Assembly: GCA_030606485.1 (NCBI GenBank)
Contig: JAUWGH010000007.1
Location: 224,161-256,160, forward strand
Origin: Promethearchaeota archaeon
GTDB taxonomy: Archaea > Asgardarchaeota > Lokiarchaeia > Sigyniarchaeales > SOKP01
Direction of reading: 5' to 3'
Length of the DNA stretch: 32,000 nucleotides
In this document: one piece after another, positions 27,139-32,000 of the stretch
Layout: each line of letters starts with the position of its first letter
Position numbering within the stretch: position 1 is the first letter of the stretch
Position numbers and translations under genes: made by a program
The notes under the pieces: generated by a model
Database searches by the model: none
The model's input: only the letters and a program-made list of their open reading frames with translations
What the model was told of the DNA's origin: nothing

Positions 27139-27714
27139 TTAATCATCTTTGATATTTTTAAAAATAATCCAATCTTCGCATTTATTATCATATATATAAT
27201 TTAAATCTTGAAAATGCGGTTGAAATAATTTTTTAATTTCATTTAAATTGAAGCTTTTTTTTAAAATTGTAATGGCTAATAATCCACTTCTCTTAAAAAC
27301 TCGATTTACTTCTTCTATTCCCTTCCTAATATCAGGAAGATTCTGAAATGAGGTAATGGAAATAAAACCCGCAAAAAGATTACTTTTGAATGGAAGATTT
27401 TCAATATCTCCCAAGATTAAATAAGAGTTTTTTTGTTTTTCTTTTGCAATCTTTAGCATATTAAAAGATATGTCTAAACCAATTAACCTAATATTTCTTT
27501 TAATCCTTTCTTTATTGAGGTAATCTAAAAACAAATTTGTTCCAGAACCCGCATCTAGATAAATTCCGCTTTTGAAAACAAGACTTTCAATTATTAACTT
27601 GAATTTATAATTTTGAATTATTTTATATCGGTTATCATAAATTTTGGCAGAGGAATTATAATCCTCAATAATCTTTATCTTCTTATCCAATTTTTTTGCA
27701 TTCAAATTTCTCAT
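27139..27714 (-). CDS. Class I SAM-dependent methyltransferase
   Basis: LDAGSGT, GLDISFNML, GDIENLPF. Confidence 0.88.
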   Translation of the reverse strand: MRNLNAKKLDKKIKIIEDYNSSAKIYDNRYKIIQNYKFKLIIESLVFKSGIYLDAGSGTNLFLDYLNKERIKRNIRLIGLDISFNMLKIAKEKQKNSYLILGDIENLPFKSNLFAGFISITSFQNLPDIRKGIEEVNRVFKRSGLLAITILKKSFNLNEIKKLFQPHFQDLNYIYDNKCEDWIIFKNIKDD

Positions 27715-27841
27715 TCTAATTCAAATTAATAACGTAAAAAAATTAAAAAGATTTTAATTTAAGAGTATTTTTTAAGAGTATATAAATTATATTTAATATT
27801 ATTTTTAATTAAAGAGAAAAATTATCAGGTAAATTAATAAA

Positions 27842-28078
27842 ATGGAACGAGACCCACTTAAAATTCTAGAAAAGGCAGTAAATTCCGTTATTCTACTGAG
27901 ATTAAAAGACGGAACGGAATACCGAGGTAAAATGAAAGAAATTGACTCTTATATGAATATGATAATAGAAGATGCCACAGAATTTATGGATGGAGCAGCT
28001 GTAGCCAAATATTCTGAGATCTTCATAAGAGGCAATAATCTATTGTTCATTAAACCAGATGCGTCTGAAATATTATAG
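27842..28078 (+). CDS. Sm-like (LSm/SmAP) RNA-binding protein
   Basis: Sm1 LKDG.EY.G....D.YMN.I.EDA.E and Sm2 IFIRGNN motifs. Confidence 0.95.
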   Translation: MERDPLKILEKAVNSVILLRLKDGTEYRGKMKEIDSYMNMIIEDATEFMDGAAVAKYSEIFIRGNNLLFIKPDASEIL

Positions 28079-28159
28079 ATTTAAATAATTTCTCTAAAAA
28101 TTTTAACTCATTTTTAATAAATTTAGAAAATTTTAAAGTTTACTTTTATTTGGAACAAT

Positions 28160-28603
28160 ATGAAAAACAATTCACACTCTCAACCGTTGACTACATTAGT
28201 AGCATATGGAACATTTATCACTAATAATCTTTGGAAAAATTATAAAAATGTTGAAGTGTGTTTAGTAAAAAATTATCGAAGAATATTACCCCCAGGGAAT
28301 TGGTTTCCATACGTTTTGCCAGATAAAAATGCACAATTTTGGGGTTTGAAATTTGATGTTAATTTTGATCAATTAATTCGACTTGACACTTTTGAAGGAG
28401 TAAAATTAGGGCTTTATTCTCGAATTGCAACTAAGGTTTTTCTTAAAAATGATGAAGAAATAAGCGCCGATATTTATGTTCCAACAGAGAAAACAATTAA
28501 GCAATATAATATAATATTAGATATTGATGCAGAAGATAGATGGAAAAATGAAATAAAGAAATACCCAGAACTAATTGAAAAATTTCCAGAATTAATTCTT
28601 TAA
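28160..28603 (+). CDS. Gamma-glutamylcyclotransferase (AIG2-like) family protein
   Basis: AYGT loop, LD.FEG...Y.R, A.IYV. Confidence 0.8.
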   Translation: MKNNSHSQPLTTLVAYGTFITNNLWKNYKNVEVCLVKNYRRILPPGNWFPYVLPDKNAQFWGLKFDVNFDQLIRLDTFEGVKLGLYSRIATKVFLKNDEEISADIYVPTEKTIKQYNIILDIDAEDRWKNEIKKYPELIEKFPELIL

Positions 28604-28615
28604 TTTTTCATAAAA

Positions 28616-28975
28616 TTAATTTTGAATTATTTGTATATTTTCTAATGGTACCCAACCACTTTTACCTTTCTTGTTGGTAACCCAAGCCCAACCGCTTACT
28701 TCATTGCTAATTATTATTTCTTCTCCAATTTCCACAGTAAGTTCAGTTGCATCATAATCTCTAAGAGCTTTACATTTTTTATCATTTAATCTCTTAATAT
28801 AATTTTCTGGGACCCATCCTCCTTTATCAAATTGGTTAATACACCATAACCATTCTTTCCACTCGGTTTTTTTCACACTAATTGTTAAAATCTCATCTTT
28901 AACAATTATTAACGGATCAGAAAAAGCAGATTTATAGTCTGATATTACTTGGCATTTAATTACTTTCATTTTCAA
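28616..28975 (-). CDS. Tandem SH3-domain protein
   Basis: Two repeats: VISDY...WLWC...GWVPENY and ALRDY...GWAW...GWVPLEN. Confidence 0.88.
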   Translation of the reverse strand: MKMKVIKCQVISDYKSAFSDPLIIVKDEILTISVKKTEWKEWLWCINQFDKGGWVPENYIKRLNDKKCKALRDYDATELTVEIGEEIIISNEVSGWAWVTNKKGKSGWVPLENIQIIQN

Positions 28976-29023
28976 ATTAACCTAATTAATTATGTTGGAT
29001 TAAAGAATTTTATAGTTAAAAAA

Positions 29024-29914
29024 TCATTGTATTATGATTAACTCGACGTTCGAGTCTTCAATTAAAGCGATCGTTGCTGGATTAGGTGCAAATTGACCTC
29101 GATAATTATTTGAAGAAAAAATCGTCAATAATCTACCATTAAAGAAGTATTGATAACCTTGAGGAGGAAATATTTCATGTGATCTAATTAAAGATTTAAA
29201 ACCATAATGCACCATAAATTCTTCAAATGCTTTATAACCAAATCGTTTTATACCCTCACCTCTGAAATTATCTACAAAATAAGGAGCTGCTTCATGTTCT
29301 ATAGGATCATTCCATATCATTTGAAAAACTTCATTAGAGATTTCGGGGTCACTCATTAAATTTGTATTTTTATCCAATTTTTTTAATTTATTAATAATTT
29401 CGATGTTTTGAGGAATACCGCCGTGCACACAAAAAATCTTCTTATTGATAATCGCACAAAGAGAGAGAGAGTTGTATAATTCTGAAAGATATTTAATGCG
29501 TTCTGCATCACCAAATTTTTTCAAAAAAATATCCAAAAACCCATAATATCGATTAATTTCTATAGTCTCATGGTTTCCCTTTAATAAAAAATAACGAGCT
29601 GGTTCTGAAATCTTCAAGGATAAAATATAGCATAGACATTCTAATTGGTACGGTCCTCGATCAACAATATCTCCCAAAAAGAGAATCATTTCAGGTTTTA
29701 TTTCATCTATTTTTTCCTTGATTTTAACCAATGAATGTAGGTTTCCATGGATATCTCCTATGATAAGTATTTTTTCTTGGGGAGATGATGCATTCAATTT
29801 TAATACATAAGGTTCCTTTTCAAAAATAATCTTGCTCTTTTCAATAATATCAATAAAATCATTAAAGCTAATCTCTTTTACAGAAAAAGGTGATTGTAGT
29901 ATTTTTTTTATCAT
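29024..29914 (-). CDS. PPP-family Ser/Thr protein phosphatase
   Basis: GDIHG, GDIVDRG, GNHE, HGG, WNDP, RSHE, IFSSNNY. Confidence 0.95.
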   Translation of the reverse strand: MIKKILQSPFSVKEISFNDFIDIIEKSKIIFEKEPYVLKLNASSPQEKILIIGDIHGNLHSLVKIKEKIDEIKPEMILFLGDIVDRGPYQLECLCYILSLKISEPARYFLLKGNHETIEINRYYGFLDIFLKKFGDAERIKYLSELYNSLSLCAIINKKIFCVHGGIPQNIEIINKLKKLDKNTNLMSDPEISNEVFQMIWNDPIEHEAAPYFVDNFRGEGIKRFGYKAFEEFMVHYGFKSLIRSHEIFPPQGYQYFFNGRLLTIFSSNNYRGQFAPNPATIALIEDSNVELIIIQ

Positions 29915-30015
29915 TTTTAAAAATGACTCAAATTTAACTTGATTACATCTTAATTTGATTTAAAAATAACGATTTTTGGGTTTTATTTTATTTAAACAGT
30001 TGAATTTATATTCTT

Positions 30016-30939
30016 CTATTCTTCTTCTTCCTCAATCTCTCGTTTCAACCTTATTTTAAGTACTCTTAAAGCAAAATTAATTACATCTCCAATATTGCTC
30101 CATTTTTTCTTTCTAACTTGCTCTTTCACCCAATAGAACATATCCTGGTCTATAGGTGCAGTTAAATAAATAGGTTGCATTTCCCTTATATCTTCCGATT
30201 CGGCCTTATTTAATAGCCAAGAAACAATATTTGAGATCAATTTAAAATTATCTTCAGCATTTATTCCATAAGAATCATGTAAACTTGAAAACAAAGACAT
30301 ATTTGCTAAAGCTACAATCTTACCTGAACCATAATGTCCTACTGCAATTACTGGTAATTCACTTACTGGTTCCTCAACCCAATCACTTCCATTGAAATAT
30401 TCGTGCCATGAAGTATCTTTGGAAGAATAGGCAATATAATCAACATCTACATTGTCTTTTTCAACTGATTTATCAATTGATAATGTGCAGCCATTAGAAT
30501 GAATAATACTTGAAATATCTCGTGTGATAAAATGAGGTATAAAATCCTTTATTACTGGCCGAGAATTTTCAATAGAGAAATATCGACCATCATATAAAGT
30601 ATCATTATTAAATGTTATACCAAAATTTTTGGTTAGTTCTGATAAATTATTTTGATTCTCATAATCACCGCCTTGGTCATTTAGAATTAATAAACTTCCT
30701 CCATCATGAACATATTTAACTAAATCAGTAATTTCATCCATTTCGATTAAAGATTCTGTAGGAACTCCAATAATAAAGATATCATATGTTGATAATTTTT
30801 TTTCGGTTAAACCCGCCTCTATTTTTCCTATCTTAAAATTTGAATTAACCAAATACTCCAAAAAGTCAGTAAATGCTGTATCTTCAATTTTTAATTTATT
30901 ATTATGAGATTCATCAAAACCTATATTAATATTTTTCAT
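30016..30939 (-). CDS. GIFT (GldG/IFT52-like, class I glutamine amidotransferase-like) domain with C-terminal ribbon-helix-helix-like segment
   Basis: IGFDESHN, L..YDIFIIGVP, EI..L..YV..GGSLLI, YG.GKIVAL...S.F; tail IYLTAPIDQDMFYWVKEQVRKKKWSNIGDVINFALRVL. Confidence 0.65.
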   Translation of the reverse strand: MKNINIGFDESHNNKLKIEDTAFTDFLEYLVNSNFKIGKIEAGLTEKKLSTYDIFIIGVPTESLIEMDEITDLVKYVHDGGSLLILNDQGGDYENQNNLSELTKNFGITFNNDTLYDGRYFSIENSRPVIKDFIPHFITRDISSIIHSNGCTLSIDKSVEKDNVDVDYIAYSSKDTSWHEYFNGSDWVEEPVSELPVIAVGHYGSGKIVALANMSLFSSLHDSYGINAEDNFKLISNIVSWLLNKAESEDIREMQPIYLTAPIDQDMFYWVKEQVRKKKWSNIGDVINFALRVLKIRLKREIEEEEE

Positions 30940-31025
30940 TTTTATTTGCCTTTTCTTTATGACTTCAATATAAAAAACACTATTTTGAATTACCTTAAAA
31001 GATAATGTATGATGAAAATATTATT

Positions 31026-32000
31026 CTATTTATTTTGACTTAAGATTGTAACGGAACATACAGTGTAGGCCCCACCCAAATTATGGGCTAGCCCAATCTT
31101 TGCATCTGGAACCTGTCTTCCATCTGCTCTTCCCTGAACTTGTTTGGTTACTTCATAGAGCATACGGCAACCTGTAGAACCAATCGGATGACCAAAACTT
31201 TTAAGACCACCAGATGGATTAACCGCAGTTTCTCCGTCCCAGTTAAACGTACCATTTTTCAATTCTTCAGCCGCTTGACCTCTTTCGCAAAATCCCAAAT
31301 CTTGGCAATTTAACAATTCAGTAATTGTAAAACAATCGTGAACTTCGGCACAATCTATTTCCTTCCTTGGATCGGTAATACCAGCTTCCTTATAGGCCAT
31401 ATTAGCTGCTTTAACTGTGGCTGGAAAACTTGTGAATTCAAACCCCGGCCAGTACCAAGGAGTATTTGTATAGCAACTAATTGCATTTGCTTTTACTATG
31501 ATATAATCATCACCATGAGCGTAGCTAGGAGCATCTTCCACTCGTGTTAAAAGTAAAGCTGCAGCTCCATCACTCATGGCACAACAGTCAAATCTTCCTA
31601 GAGGATCGGCAATCATGGGGGCTCTTAATGCTTGTTCAATTGTGATTTCACTACGGAAATGAGCTTTAGGATGGTGAGCTCCATTACTATGATTCTTGAC
31701 AGCAACACGAGCTAAATCTTCTCTTGTCCAACCGAATTCATGGAAACTTCTTGTAGCAGCCATGGAAAACATCGCTGGAGCAGAAGGAATAGGTAATACA
31801 GGATGTCCGAAGATCTTGAATCCTGGTAATCCGCTGGACCCCTCATCCATTAATTTCTCAACACCGCAGGCAAGTGTTACATCATAAGCTCCTGATGCTA
31901 CAGCAAAGCAAGCATTACGAAAGGCGTCCATACCTGAAGCACAATAATTTTCTGTTCTTGTGATAGGTTTACCATCCATTCGTAAAACATCTTCGACTGT
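31026..32000 (-). CDS. Thiolase-like protein (SCP2/archaeal acetyl-CoA acyltransferase type), 5' end outside the window
   Basis: ENYCASG catalytic Cys, AVKNH.NG, SDGAAA, EVHDCF, VNPSGGL...GHPIGSTG, AHNLGG. The frame is open to the right edge. Confidence 0.93.
   Translation of the reverse strand, partial: TVEDVLRMDGKPITRTENYCASGMDAFRNACFAVASGAYDVTLACGVEKLMDEGSSGLPGFKIFGHPVLPIPSAPAMFSMAATRSFHEFGWTREDLARVAVKNHSNGAHHPKAHFRSEITIEQALRAPMIADPLGRFDCCAMSDGAAALLLTRVEDAPSYAHGDDYIIVKANAISCYTNTPWYWPGFEFTSFPATVKAANMAYKEAGITDPRKEIDCAEVHDCFTITELLNCQDLGFCERGQAAEELKNGTFNWDGETAVNPSGGLKSFGHPIGSTGCRMLYEVTKQVQGRADGRQVPDAKIGLAHNLGGAYTVCSVTILSQNK

Noticed and set aside
1-32000. tRNA, rRNA, transposase/integrase, inteins
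   Set aside because: No GC-rich structured RNA stretch or mobility-gene motif was seen; MutS, MutL and TyrRS have ordinary lengths.

Overview
AT-rich archaeal genomic DNA, very probably an Asgard archaeon of the Lokiarchaeia. The basis is a eukaryote-like actin, a gelsolin-like domain, archaeal TyrRS, EF-1beta, RIO2 and Sm genes, and GGTGA/GGAGG ribosome-binding sites. From left to right: (1) a >1430-aa histidine kinase with about 10 PAS domains that runs off the left edge and is missing from the ORF track; (2) Lokiactin; (3) a decaying ~3.8-kb accessory island (flavodoxin-ferredoxin fusion, TetR, flavodoxin, DUF4386-like membrane protein, frameshifted membrane gene) bracketed by 27-bp direct repeats, with a duplicated promoter block just to its left and two triplets of palindromic operators inside; (4) a radical SAM gene; (5) core genes: tyrS, HAD hydrolase, Zn-ribbon/EF-1beta, mutS-mutL, two tandem lysophospholipase-like hydrolases and a porGDAB-type operon; (6) a gelsolin-like domain fused to about four transmembrane helices; (7) RIO2, methyltransferase, Sm, GGCT; (8) a co-oriented run of partial thiolase, GIFT/IFT52-like domain fused to an RHH, PPP phosphatase and tandem SH3. 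The strongest novelty candidates are the membrane-anchored gelsolin-like protein, the GIFT-RHH/PPP/SH3 cluster and the TetR operator arrays. No rRNA, tRNA, CRISPR array or transposase was seen. All family assignments are from motif recognition by eye; no database searches were run.
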